32,458 bases of DNA from an uncultured Desulfobacterales bacterium (GTDB taxonomy: Bacteria > Desulfobacterota > Desulfobaccia > Desulfobaccales > 0-14-0-80-60-11). Position numbers and translations under genes: made by a program. Positions 16,851-25,231 of the stretch are shown piece after piece. How positions within the stretch are numbered: the stretch's first letter is position 1; the number at the start of each line of letters is the position of its first letter. The notes below the pieces were generated by a model, which did no database searches, was not told the origin of the DNA, and was given only the letters and a program-made list of their open reading frames with translations. The DNA is taken from assembly GCA_964561645.1 (NCBI GenBank), contig CAZLRL010000001.1, positions 1 through 32,458 of the forward strand, given 5' to 3'.

Positions 16851-17264
16851 TTATTCGACCACCTCAGGGACTTTGCTTGGCACCGGAATGAGGAGATTGT
16901 CCCAACCCTGCCGAAGAGTGAAACCTTCTTCTGAATGGCTCAATAGACTGGTCAGAAACCACTCCTGGCTCTCGTCGGGCCGGGTTAAAAGTTGAAACCG
17001 GGCCACGGAAAGCACCGGATTGGCCTCGGGATCACTGGGGCTGGAGATAAGCACATAAGCCAGCCGGGCGTCAGCCGCCGCCGGTTGGTACCAGCCGTAA
17101 AATTCCCTGACCTTGCAGTAGCGGGGATTCCAGTGGTCCAAAGTGTGGCGGGCGGCCTTGGTGGTCAAGGGCGGCGGGGGGAAGAAAGGCAGGTTGTTGC
17201 AACCGAGAAGCAAGCCGATAAACAGACCCACCATCAGCCTCGCCGCCGACCTACGGCAACTCAT
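16851..17264 (-). CDS. Hypothetical lipoprotein
   Basis: The ATG at 17264 lies 8 nt after GGGAG. MSCRRSAARLMVGLFIGLLLGCNN contains a lipobox (LLLGC). It lies downstream of the SPFH gene on the same strand. Confidence 0.55.
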   Translation of the reverse strand: MSCRRSAARLMVGLFIGLLLGCNNLPFFPPPPLTTKAARHTLDHWNPRYCKVREFYGWYQPAAADARLAYVLISSPSDPEANPVLSVARFQLLTRPDESQEWFLTSLLSHSEEGFTLRQGWDNLLIPVPSKVPEVVE

Positions 17265-17369
17265 GACCACCGCTCCCGGAGGCACGGTAAAAAAACAGTC
17301 CCGGTCATCATCCTCGATCCCAAACTTTTTTGTCTTGTAATGCCGTCACCTTTCCATGTCAATCTTTTT

Positions 17370-18245
17370 TCAAGGACCGGCCTTCCTGTCCTCTCCCACG
17401 TTGAAAATCAAGGGCAGACCGTCTTTCCCCCCGATGATTACTATTTTGGCATTGGAGGATTCGGCCAGATTGGCCGTGGCCTCGATGCCCTTCCAGCGCA
17501 GGAGCTGGTCGGAAATGCCCTGGGAAACGATGCGCTGGAAGCTCTGAATCCCCTCAGCCTCGATTTTCTTGCGTTCGGCTTCTTGTTTTTCCTTATCCAA
17601 CACGAAACGCATCCTTTGAGATTCCTGTTCCGCAGCCAGCTTGGAGTTGATGGCCTCTACCACCGAGGTGGGCAATTGGATACGCCGTAAAAGAATTTTT
17701 TCCACCACGATGCCCCGTTGGCTCATGTCCGTGTCCAGGTCTTCGTAGATTTCCGAGGCAATCAATTCCCGGCTGGAGGTGTACAGATCCTTGGCGTCGT
17801 GGCGCACGGTGACCCCCCGGATGGCCGAACGGAATTGTGGTTTCACCACAATTTCCGCGTAGTTGGGCCCGATCTGGCGGTAAACCTTAACCGCTTCCTG
17901 AGGGTTGAGATGGTACAGACAACTGACTTCCAGCTCCACATTGAGGCCCTCTTTGGACGGCGCTTCGGCGTGCTCGAAAACTTCCTGGGTCCTGACATTC
18001 ATAAGTTCCATGCTCGTCAGGGGATTTACCAGGTGCAATCCTTCGGTGATGCTGCCGTGGACTTTACCGAAGAGGATGAGAACGCCCACATGACCGGGGG
18101 GCACAATCTTTACCATGGAGATGATTACCGCGGCCACAAGGACGGGAATTATCAAAACCCAACGATAAGGTTGGAGATAGGGAAATTTTTGCCCCAGGAC
18201 AATCAGGGCTATGGCGACAAAAATGCCGATGAGAATGATGGACAT
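17370..18245 (-). CDS. SPFH / band 7 / prohibitin-family membrane protein
   Basis: 291 aa. N-terminal TM helices are followed by KIVPPGHVGVLILFGKV...GLHLVNPL...V...VRHDAKDLYTSSRELIASEI...GIVVEKILLRRIQLP and a Glu/Lys-rich coiled coil, which is typical of the SPFH domain. AAGGAG lies 6 nt before the ATG. Confidence 0.85.
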   Translation of the reverse strand: MSIILIGIFVAIALIVLGQKFPYLQPYRWVLIIPVLVAAVIISMVKIVPPGHVGVLILFGKVHGSITEGLHLVNPLTSMELMNVRTQEVFEHAEAPSKEGLNVELEVSCLYHLNPQEAVKVYRQIGPNYAEIVVKPQFRSAIRGVTVRHDAKDLYTSSRELIASEIYEDLDTDMSQRGIVVEKILLRRIQLPTSVVEAINSKLAAEQESQRMRFVLDKEKQEAERKKIEAEGIQSFQRIVSQGISDQLLRWKGIEATANLAESSNAKIVIIGGKDGLPLIFNVGEDRKAGP

Positions 18246-18447
18246 AATGTACTCCTTACCTGAGTTTGTTGCCAGAGCCTAGCATAGCCCATACCTGGGA
18301 GATTGCCAAGGCCCCCAGTCGGGCCTGCCAAGGGGGCGCAGTTCTTGCAATCTTTTCCAGCAAAACGGCAACTACTGATAAACAGGCCAGAAATTCAAGG
18401 TCCACCAGCAGAAGGCAGAAATTTTTTCATTACAAGGAAGAAGTCAC

Positions 18448-19125
18448 ATGAGTACGGCAATGAAAGCTCTGGGAATCCTGTTGCTTAGCGGCGGTCTTTT
18501 GGGAGGGTCAGGCTGCGGTCATTACCAATACGATCAGTTTCCGGCTCCCTCCTGGAACCCCGTGGGGCTGGCCAGCCCCAGGATCGTCAATAACGACAGG
18601 ATCTACAACCACCCCGGCAGTATAAGCCTGCAAAGCAGCCGGGCCGGAGTCCTGATCTTCCGTACTACCCCTGAATTTCCCCAGGGGGGCGGGCCAATCG
18701 CCGAAATTTTTTACCGGGAGTTGCTGGCCAAGCGGCCCTTTGCTGATATCGTGTTCATTCCGGAGATCTATACCACCAAGGAAGATGCCCAGGCCCTGGC
18801 CAAAAAACATCATCTGGACCTGGTGGTACTGGGGGAGGTGCCCTACTATCTGGACGGCGGCACGGTGGGCAACTCGGGCCTGCAGGTGGACCTGAAAGTG
18901 ATGGATGCCAGGGACGGCCGCATCGTGTGGAACATGTCGGACAGCATCAAAGCCGTCCGTCGGCCCATCATCGACTTGTGGGTAACGGAGACCCGGCCCT
19001 ACCCCACGCCGTCCATAGGAGCGTTGGCCACGCGTCTGGCAGCCCGGATGGCTGAAACTTTGCAAGAGGGAGCACCGCCTCCACCCAGCGGTCTGGCGGG
19101 CCTTTTCCCTATTTTCCAGAATTGA
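18448..19125 (+). CDS. Hypothetical lipoprotein (possible LpoB/TolB-N/FlgO-like fold, unverified)
   Basis: 225 aa with a lipobox (LLGGSGC). The pattern LVVLGEVPYYLDGGTVGNSGLQVDLKVMDARDGRIVW resembles small periplasmic lipoprotein folds. This is not a firm family call. Confidence 0.55.
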   Translation: MSTAMKALGILLLSGGLLGGSGCGHYQYDQFPAPSWNPVGLASPRIVNNDRIYNHPGSISLQSSRAGVLIFRTTPEFPQGGGPIAEIFYRELLAKRPFADIVFIPEIYTTKEDAQALAKKHHLDLVVLGEVPYYLDGGTVGNSGLQVDLKVMDARDGRIVWNMSDSIKAVRRPIIDLWVTETRPYPTPSIGALATRLAARMAETLQEGAPPPPSGLAGLFPIFQN

Positions 19126-19738
19126 GCAGTTGACTGCGGGACCGGCCGACGTTGGCAAACACCGCCTGGAAGTCGCGATAGAGACGCTTATTTTCCCGGC
19201 GGCGGTGGCATTTCTTGAGATAAGTTTTGGGGTCCGGATTGTCCGGGAGTAAGTCAATGCCCTCCCAGCCCCCGGGGCGGGGGAAGGCATAATAAGGATA
19301 TTCCGGGGGCACGCCCCGGACATAAATCACCTGGGGCACCACCCACTCGAGCCGGGCCAGATACAACCGGTGCATGCCGTCGTTGATCACCAGGGCCAGG
19401 CGGCCGTCCGCCTCGATGGACTCCTCCACCACGGGCGGATAGACATCATAGTCTTCCTCGGTTCCATCCGCCCTCCTGACCGTAAAGGTTACAAAGCCAT
19501 CCAGGCGGAACAGGTCCACCCCCTGTTCGGCCAAGCTCCAGCGCAGTTCCTGAACCTTTCGGAACTCGGCCAACCAGATGTAATTCTGGGTGGGGGCCAG
19601 GTGATCGGTATGCAGGCGCTCCAGGCTGATGAGGGCTTCGGCATAAACTTGAATTTCGGGTTGTTTTAACAGGGGCACCCGGCGGAGACGATCCAGGAGT
19701 TCCTGGGAACTGTGGCGTTTCAGCTTGATAATGTCCAT
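19109..19738 (-). CDS. ParB/sulfiredoxin-fold domain protein (SerK/SbnI-like motif), function unknown
   Basis: LAPTQNYI followed ~70 aa later by LVINDGMHRLYLAR fits the ParB/Srx xDGxHR signature. Start uncertain. The ATG at 19738 gives MDIIKLKR, while the track uses a TTG at 19771 with no RBS. The 3' end overlaps the convergent lipoprotein gene by 17 nt. Confidence 0.5.
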   Translation of the reverse strand: MDIIKLKRHSSQELLDRLRRVPLLKQPEIQVYAEALISLERLHTDHLAPTQNYIWLAEFRKVQELRWSLAEQGVDLFRLDGFVTFTVRRADGTEEDYDVYPPVVEESIEADGRLALVINDGMHRLYLARLEWVVPQVIYVRGVPPEYPYYAFPRPGGWEGIDLLPDNPDPKTYLKKCHRRRENKRLYRDFQAVFANVGRSRSQLLNSGK

Positions 19739-20165
19739 ATCTCTTGACAAATAAGGCCCGTGATCTTTCAAATTTTGTATGTTTCGCCCACTATACCATG
19801 ATTTGAAATCCTGCCGCGGAGAAAATTGTTAAACCAAAGGGAGAACCACGGGCAGCGGAGGTCGGGGCAGAAATGGACGACATCAAGGAAAAGAGGAAAT
19901 ACGGGGAATCCTGGCTAGACAGGGGCCCGGGGGAATAGTTTGGCACCTGAACAATTATTTCTCAAATTGAGAAGTAGGTGGGATAAAAAAAGATAATCCG
20001 CCTCGAGGAAGCACCTGGCACCTACCGTCAATCCCGGGCGAAGCGCTGGAGAATTCAAATCCGGCGCGACGCTCAAGATAACCAAAACTGACTGTTGACC
20101 AGCACTCCAGAGGCAGCGGCCGCGGCTGCTGGTAACGGCAGGCCGCGTCGCCTTGTTAAAAATTC

Positions 20166-20387
20166 TTAGCAGCGTCCCCGGACAAAGCGGCTGGCAGGCC
20201 CCAGAAGAAAGGGGCCGAACCAATCCTGAATAATAAAGCCCCGGGCAGGTTCGGTGGCCAGGCTTTCCTGTTCCTCCTGGTCAACCGAACCCCCCAGCAG
20301 CAGCACCGAAGTTTGGGTGATCTCGTCTCCGGTCAGAACGCCGGCCGCCCAGGCGGCAAAAAACCCTTCATTACCTATGTATGCCAT
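20166..20387 (-). CDS. Small hypothetical protein (73 aa), uncertain
   Basis: The ATG at 20387 lies 6 nt after AGGAT. The third-position GC bias resembles neighbouring genes. I recognise no family. The longer track ORF (to 20633) overlaps the nth-like gene and is rejected. Confidence 0.3.
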   Translation of the reverse strand: MAYIGNEGFFAAWAAGVLTGDEITQTSVLLLGGSVDQEEQESLATEPARGFIIQDWFGPFLLGPASRFVRGRC

Positions 20388-20445
20388 AGTCGTATCCTGA
20401 CTATGAAATATTGCAATTATCGTTCCAAATTTGATCGAGGACCCG

Positions 20446-21111
20446 CTAAAGGCCGCCATCGGGCCATCCTTCCAGGGGGCAACCGGCACAGCGGGGCTGG
20501 GGGCGGCAAAATTCCTTGCCCAACCGCACCAACAGGGCATGAAATTCCTGGTACAGGGGCACCTCCAGCGGCAGGCGTTCCATGAAGAGTTGGCGCAGTT
20601 CCTCGTAGGAACAAGGTTCGGTAGCCAGGTCATGGCGGCTTAAAATCCGAAAAGTATAGGCATCAACCACGAAGGTGGGTTTATGGAGGGCATACAACAG
20701 AATACTGTCCGCGGTTTCCGGGCCGATACCATGGAGGCCCAGCAATTCCACCCGCAGGTCCTCTAATTCCTCTAGGGCCATTTTCTCCATGGAATTTCCA
20801 AAGCGCGCCGCCAGAAAGTCCAGGAAATTTTTCACCCGGCGGGCCTTGAGATTATAGTAGCCGGCCGGCCGGAAACGCCTGGCCAAATCGGCTTCAGGCA
20901 TCTCCGTCAATATAACCGGGTCCAGGTCCCCGTTGGCTTTCAGCGCCTCCAGGACCCGGGACACGTTCTGCCAATTGGTGTTTTGGGTAAGAATTGCCCC
21001 CAGGGCCACCTCGAAAGGGGTCTCTCCCGGCCACCAACCCTGGGGGCCGAACCGGTCAAACAGCCGCCGGTAAAGCTCCAGCAATCGATCTTTTAAGCGT
21101 GACGCAGCCAT
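20446..21111 (-). CDS. Endonuclease III-related HhH-GPD family protein
   Basis: 221 aa. ILTQNTNWQNV, the helix-hairpin-helix LLGLHGIGPETADSILLYAL and the catalytic-region VVDAYTFRI fit the EndoIII-related (COG2231-like) family. The C-terminus has only C-x6-C-x2-C before the stop. Confidence 0.8.
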   Translation of the reverse strand: MAASRLKDRLLELYRRLFDRFGPQGWWPGETPFEVALGAILTQNTNWQNVSRVLEALKANGDLDPVILTEMPEADLARRFRPAGYYNLKARRVKNFLDFLAARFGNSMEKMALEELEDLRVELLGLHGIGPETADSILLYALHKPTFVVDAYTFRILSRHDLATEPCSYEELRQLFMERLPLEVPLYQEFHALLVRLGKEFCRPQPRCAGCPLEGWPDGGL

Positions 21112-21447
21112 GGCAGATAAATTTGGCGGGGTGTCCCCGCTGCCTCCTACAGAGAACTCCCCACGGGGAAAAAATTTTCCTCCCCATTATACGGCATGAG
21201 GGCCGGTCAGGAAAATGTTGGTCTTGCAAGAAAAACTGACAGGCAGCGATTCTTACCGGAAACTGCAAGCTTTGAGAAAAACCCCAATTCTCTCACCTGT
21301 CAATCTGATGTCCTTTAGGCTTTTTTCGGGTCCCAGATGGCATAATTAACCATTTTTTTAGCCCCGCCCTTGTGATAGAATGACGAACTAATGATTTAAA
21401 CACTATCGCCTCTGGTCAAACTATCTCAGCCCCGTCAGGATCAAACC

Positions 21448-23376
21448 TTGGCCAAAAAAGTCACCTTTCAGCCCTACGACATCACCGTGGAAGTGGAAGA
21501 GGGAGAGAATCTCCTCAGAGCCGCGCTGAGCGCCGGGGTGCACATCAACGCCTCCTGCGGCGGCGAGGGGGTCTGCGGCAAATGCCGCGTCATTCTGGAA
21601 GAGGGCCAGGCGGAGTGCCCTGATACCACCCTGCTCACCAAAGACGAAGTGAAGCTGGGCTACCGCCAGGCCTGCCAGTGCCGGGTGGTGTCGGATATCG
21701 TGGTGCGCATCCCGCCCGAATCCCTCCTGGACAAAAAGACCATCACCCGCCGGCGCCAAGGGGTGTCGCTGCGCCCCAGCCCCATAGACGTGGCCTCCTT
21801 GAGAGAGGGAGGGTTATATAATCCCGCGTTCCAGAAAAAATTTCTCAAACTCCCTCCCGCCTCCCTGAGCGACAACATCTGCGATCTGTCCCGCCTGGAA
21901 CAGGGCCTGAACCGTCAGTTCGGCTTGAAAAATCTGACCCTGGATTTCCTGCTGACCCGCAAGCTGGCCCGGATCATGCGCCAGCAGGACTTCGAGGTGA
22001 CGGCCACCCTGGATTTCGCCCAGCGGCGCTCCCGCAATCCCCGCCTGGTGGATATTGAAGCCGGGGATACCGCGGGCCGCCATTTCGCGGTGGCCGTGGA
22101 CATCGGCACCACCACGGTCTGGGTGCAGCTCCTGGATCTGGCCCAGGGTGAGATTATCGGGCAGGCCGCGGATTATAACGGCCAGTTGAGCTACGGGGAC
22201 GACGTCATTTCCCGCATTGTCTACAGTCAGAAAGAGGGGGGCTTACAAAAACTCCAGCAAGCGGTGGCCAGCACCATCAACAATGTCCTGCAGGGACTGC
22301 TCAAACGGCACCGCCTGCAGGTGGACGAAATTTCCCACCTCACCCTGGCCGCCAACACCACCATGATCCACCTTTTTTACGGCATCGACCCCAAACACAT
22401 CCGCCTGGCCCCCTACACCCCCACAGCCTGTCACCTGCCGCCGGTGCGGGCCCGCCATCTGGGGCTGGAGTTGCCGGAGCACGTCTTTATTTACAGTGTG
22501 AGCTCCGTGTCCAGCTACGTGGGCGGGGACATTGTGTCCGGGGCCCTGGCCTCGGGGATCTATAAAGAGCCCAAGCTTACCCTGTACATCGACATCGGCA
22601 CCAACGGCGAAATCGTCATCGGCAACCATGAGTGGCTGGCGTGCGCCGCCTGCTCCGCGGGGCCGGCTTTCGAGGGGGGCGGCATCCGCATCGGCATGCG
22701 CGCGGCCAAGGGCGCCATCGAAGAAGTAAGCGTCAATCCCCAAACCGTGGAACCCATGTTCGTGACCATCGGCATGGTCAAGCCCAAAGGCATCTGCGGC
22801 TCCGGTCTGATCAATCTGCTGGCCGTGCTCATGGAGGGTAATATTCTGGCCCCCAACGGCCGCTTCCGGGAAGACCTGGACACCCCCCGCATCCGGGAAT
22901 GCGAGGAGGGCCGGGAATACGTGCTGGCCTGGGCCGAGGAAACCGCCGGCGGTAAGGACCTGACCATCAGTGAGGTGGACATCGACAACCTCATGCGGGC
23001 CAAGGCGGCCATGTTCGCGGGCTATGTCACCCTGCTCGATAATGTGGGCCTGAAACTCCAGGACATCGAACAGGTCATTCTGGCGGGCGCGTTCGGCAAC
23101 TTTATCAACCTGGAAAACTCCATCGCCATCGGCCTGCTGCCCGACCTGCCCCGGGAGCGCTTCCAGTTCGTGGGCAACGGGTCGCTGATGGGGGCCACCC
23201 TGCTGGCCTTTTCCCGGGAGCTGCTGGAAGAGGAACGCCGGGTGGCGGATATGATGACCAACTTTGAACTCTCCGAAACCCCGGGCTTCATGGACCACTA
23301 TATCGCCGCGCTGTTCCTGCCCCATACCCAGGAAGAATACTTCCCCACCATCACCGAGCGCCTGCGCTCCGGGTAG
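21448..23376 (+). CDS. RACo-like reductive activase of corrinoid proteins (2Fe-2S ferredoxin domain plus ASKHA/DUF4445 ATPase)
   Basis: 642 aa with a TTG start. The N-terminus has a plant-type ferredoxin motif (SCGGEGVCGKCRV...CQC). ASKHA motifs are AVDIGTTTV, YIDIGTNGEIV, CSAGPAFEGGGI and GICGSGLI. Confidence 0.8.
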   Translation: MAKKVTFQPYDITVEVEEGENLLRAALSAGVHINASCGGEGVCGKCRVILEEGQAECPDTTLLTKDEVKLGYRQACQCRVVSDIVVRIPPESLLDKKTITRRRQGVSLRPSPIDVASLREGGLYNPAFQKKFLKLPPASLSDNICDLSRLEQGLNRQFGLKNLTLDFLLTRKLARIMRQQDFEVTATLDFAQRRSRNPRLVDIEAGDTAGRHFAVAVDIGTTTVWVQLLDLAQGEIIGQAADYNGQLSYGDDVISRIVYSQKEGGLQKLQQAVASTINNVLQGLLKRHRLQVDEISHLTLAANTTMIHLFYGIDPKHIRLAPYTPTACHLPPVRARHLGLELPEHVFIYSVSSVSSYVGGDIVSGALASGIYKEPKLTLYIDIGTNGEIVIGNHEWLACAACSAGPAFEGGGIRIGMRAAKGAIEEVSVNPQTVEPMFVTIGMVKPKGICGSGLINLLAVLMEGNILAPNGRFREDLDTPRIRECEEGREYVLAWAEETAGGKDLTISEVDIDNLMRAKAAMFAGYVTLLDNVGLKLQDIEQVILAGAFGNFINLENSIAIGLLPDLPRERFQFVGNGSLMGATLLAFSRELLEEERRVADMMTNFELSETPGFMDHYIAALFLPHTQEEYFPTITERLRSG

Positions 23377-23456
23377 CAAAAAAATTTTTTGATGGGAGGG
23401 CCGGGGGACCCGAAGGCCCCTCGCCCGCCCCCCAAACCCCCTCCAACCCTCTTTTT

Positions 23457-23708
23457 CCGGGAGCACAGGCATCTTGCCTGTGTTTGGACGGGCTGGAAGC
23501 CCGTGCTACCGTTTATTAAGGGGTTGGCGGTGAGAATTTGAGAACGATTCCCTCCCCAATACTTTTTGTCACGCTCCCACCTTGGCGTCCACGGGCGGTC
23601 CTATAACAAATGGTCCCCGCCTTCTCTCAAGCTTTCTCCCACTTCACTTGGACCGGGAGAACAATCATCCTGCCTGTTCCTGCACAGGCTGGAAGCCTGT
23701 GCTCCCGG
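23457..23708. repeat. REPIN-like unit: inverted pair of REP-type hairpins flanking ~200 bp
   Basis: ccgggagcacaggc (23457-23470) is the exact reverse complement of gcctgtgctcccgg (23695-23708). Hairpins are cacaggc-atctt-gcctgtg (23464-23482), acgggc-tggaa-gcccgt (23488-23504) and gcacaggc-tggaa-gcctgtgc (23682-23702). The unit lies between convergent genes. Confidence 0.7.
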
Positions 23709-23713
23709 TTGAT

Positions 23714-24280
23714 TTATCGCAATTTCTTCAACAGCCAGGCGATGTTTTCGGCCAGCGCGGCCACGGTTTTCATGCCTTCCTGGTCTTTGGTCACTTCTCC
23801 GGGGGTCCGGCCGAACGCGATGGGCCAGTAAGTGGAACCGGGCACCACCATGCCCATGATCATGAAAAAATAGAGGAGCTGGGCGTAGGTGAAATTGACC
23901 CCGGCCCGCCTAGCCACCACGATGGGACTCCCCACTTTGCGGGCAAAAACGTTGTCGCCCATGCGGGCCACATACCCGGCCCGGTCGAGCAGGGCCATCA
24001 TATTGGGGGTGGCCGAGCCGAAGTACACCGGGCTGCCCACGATGAGGCCGTCCGCCTGGGCCAGCTTGCCGTACAGGTCGTTGAAATCGTCTTCCTGGGA
24101 GCAGCGGTTTTTTTCCTGGGCGCATTTTTCGCAGGCCAGGCAGGGGCGGATGTCCTTATCGTGCAAGGAGACATATTCCGCGTCAATGCCTTGCTGCTGC
24201 AGGACCTTGATGGCTTCTTGGAGTAAATGCCAGGTGTTCCCCTTGGGCCGCGGGGAACCGCAAATGGCCATGACTTTCAT
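23714..24280 (-). CDS. Iron-sulfur flavoprotein (Isf family, NADPH-dependent FMN reductase fold)
   Basis: 188 aa. MKVMAICGSPRPKGNT is flavodoxin-like. The compact cluster motif C-x2-C-x2-C-x6-C (CLACEKCAQEKNRC) and GLIVGSPVYFGS are also present. Confidence 0.78.
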   Translation of the reverse strand: MKVMAICGSPRPKGNTWHLLQEAIKVLQQQGIDAEYVSLHDKDIRPCLACEKCAQEKNRCSQEDDFNDLYGKLAQADGLIVGSPVYFGSATPNMMALLDRAGYVARMGDNVFARKVGSPIVVARRAGVNFTYAQLLYFFMIMGMVVPGSTYWPIAFGRTPGEVTKDQEGMKTVAALAENIAWLLKKLR

Positions 24281-24346
24281 AAAACGACTCCTTTCTTCAC
24301 GCCTTCAACCCCGAAAGCTTATCACGCTGGTCGCGGGAAAAAAAGC

Positions 24347-24375
24347 TTGACTTGTGAGTGAACGCTCACTAACAT
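24347..24375 (+). promoter_or_regulatory. Sigma-70 promoter with embedded palindromic operator. It predicts a leaderless tetR transcript
   Basis: TTGACT (24347-24352), a 17-nt spacer, then TAACAT (24370-24375). The tetR ATG is at 24383, the 8th nt after the -10 hexamer, and no SD is present. The spacer contains GTGAG-N6-CTCAC (24354-24369). Confidence 0.55.
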
Positions 24376-24382
24376 TTGACCC

Positions 24383-24955
24383 ATGCGGGACGGCAAAGCC
24401 ACCAGGGCCAAGATTTCCCGGGCCGCGTTAACCCTGTTCGTGGACAAGGGCGTGACCGACACCACGGTACGGGACATCGCCGCCGCCGCCGGGGTGGCGG
24501 AAGGCACCCTCTACCGCCATTTTGCCGGCAAAGACGAGTTGGCCTGGGAACTGTTCGCGGACAATTTTGCCGCGTTCGCCGAGGCCCTGGACCGCTGCCA
24601 GGCCCGGGAGACCACTTTGCCGGACAAGGCCGCGGCCATGGTGGACCATTTTTGCACCTTTTTTGACCAGGACCCGGTACTGTTCAGTTATCTGCTCCTG
24701 AGTCAACATGATTATCTCAAGCGGGTGTCCCCGGGCCTCCCCAACCCGGTGGATGTGGTGCACCAGGTTATCTGGCGGGCCATGAGCGAAGGGGAGCTCC
24801 CCCGGGGGGATGCGGCCACGGCCACGGCCATGGTTCTGGGCATCGTGCTCCAGGCCGCGGTGTTCAAAATTTACGGCCGCATTACCACCAGCCTGGCCGC
24901 AATCTCCGAAACCTTGATTGCGGGCTGTCTTAGGGTGCTGAAAGCTGCTGATTAA
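24383..24955 (+). CDS. TetR/AcrR family transcriptional regulator
   Basis: 190 aa. The N-terminal HTH is ISRAALTLFVDKGVTDTTVRDIAAAAGVAEGTLYRHFAGKDEL. It is divergent from the Isf gene. Confidence 0.9.
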   Translation: MRDGKATRAKISRAALTLFVDKGVTDTTVRDIAAAAGVAEGTLYRHFAGKDELAWELFADNFAAFAEALDRCQARETTLPDKAAAMVDHFCTFFDQDPVLFSYLLLSQHDYLKRVSPGLPNPVDVVHQVIWRAMSEGELPRGDAATATAMVLGIVLQAAVFKIYGRITTSLAAISETLIAGCLRVLKAAD

Positions 24956-25055
24956 GATGGAACGAATTTTCTCTTAACATTCTCACCAATAGAGGGTTTA
25001 CCTTGCATTTTCAAGGTTGCAAAGCTTACAATATATATTTAAGGTTGGCTATAAG

Positions 25056-25229
25056 ATGACTTCAGACGAGTTGAAAAACAAAATCCGGGCGGCGGCCCCG
25101 GAGGGCAAAATTGCCTGTGCCGCGGCCTTCAAATTGGCTGAGGACTTAAAGATTTCCCGGCAGGAAATGGGAGATCTGCTGAATGAACTACGCCTAAAAA
25201 TAATCCAGTGTCAACTGGGTTGTTTCTGA
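25056..25229 (+). CDS. Small Cys-containing hypothetical protein (57 aa)
   Basis: MTSDELKNKIRAAAPEGKIACAAAFKLAEDLKISRQEMGDLLNELRLKIIQCQLGCF. The stop (25227-25229) is 2 nt before the radical SAM ATG. The start is uncertain (the track uses a TTG at 25017). Confidence 0.5.
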   Translation: MTSDELKNKIRAAAPEGKIACAAAFKLAEDLKISRQEMGDLLNELRLKIIQCQLGCF

Positions 25230-25231
25230 GT

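Noticed and set aside
20040-20075. tRNA-like T-arm (ctgga-gaattcaaa-tccgg) suggesting a tRNA or tmRNA fragment
   Set aside because: The loop is 9 nt rather than 7. I found no acceptor, D or anticodon arms on either strand and no CCA context.
21112-21447. Cobalamin riboswitch upstream of the RACo-like gene
   Set aside because: There is no B12 box (GCCACTG) or other conserved core elements on either strand.
22243-23472. 409-aa minus-strand ORF opposite the RACo-like gene
   Set aside because: It is an antisense artefact. It extends into the REP hairpins and has no motifs.
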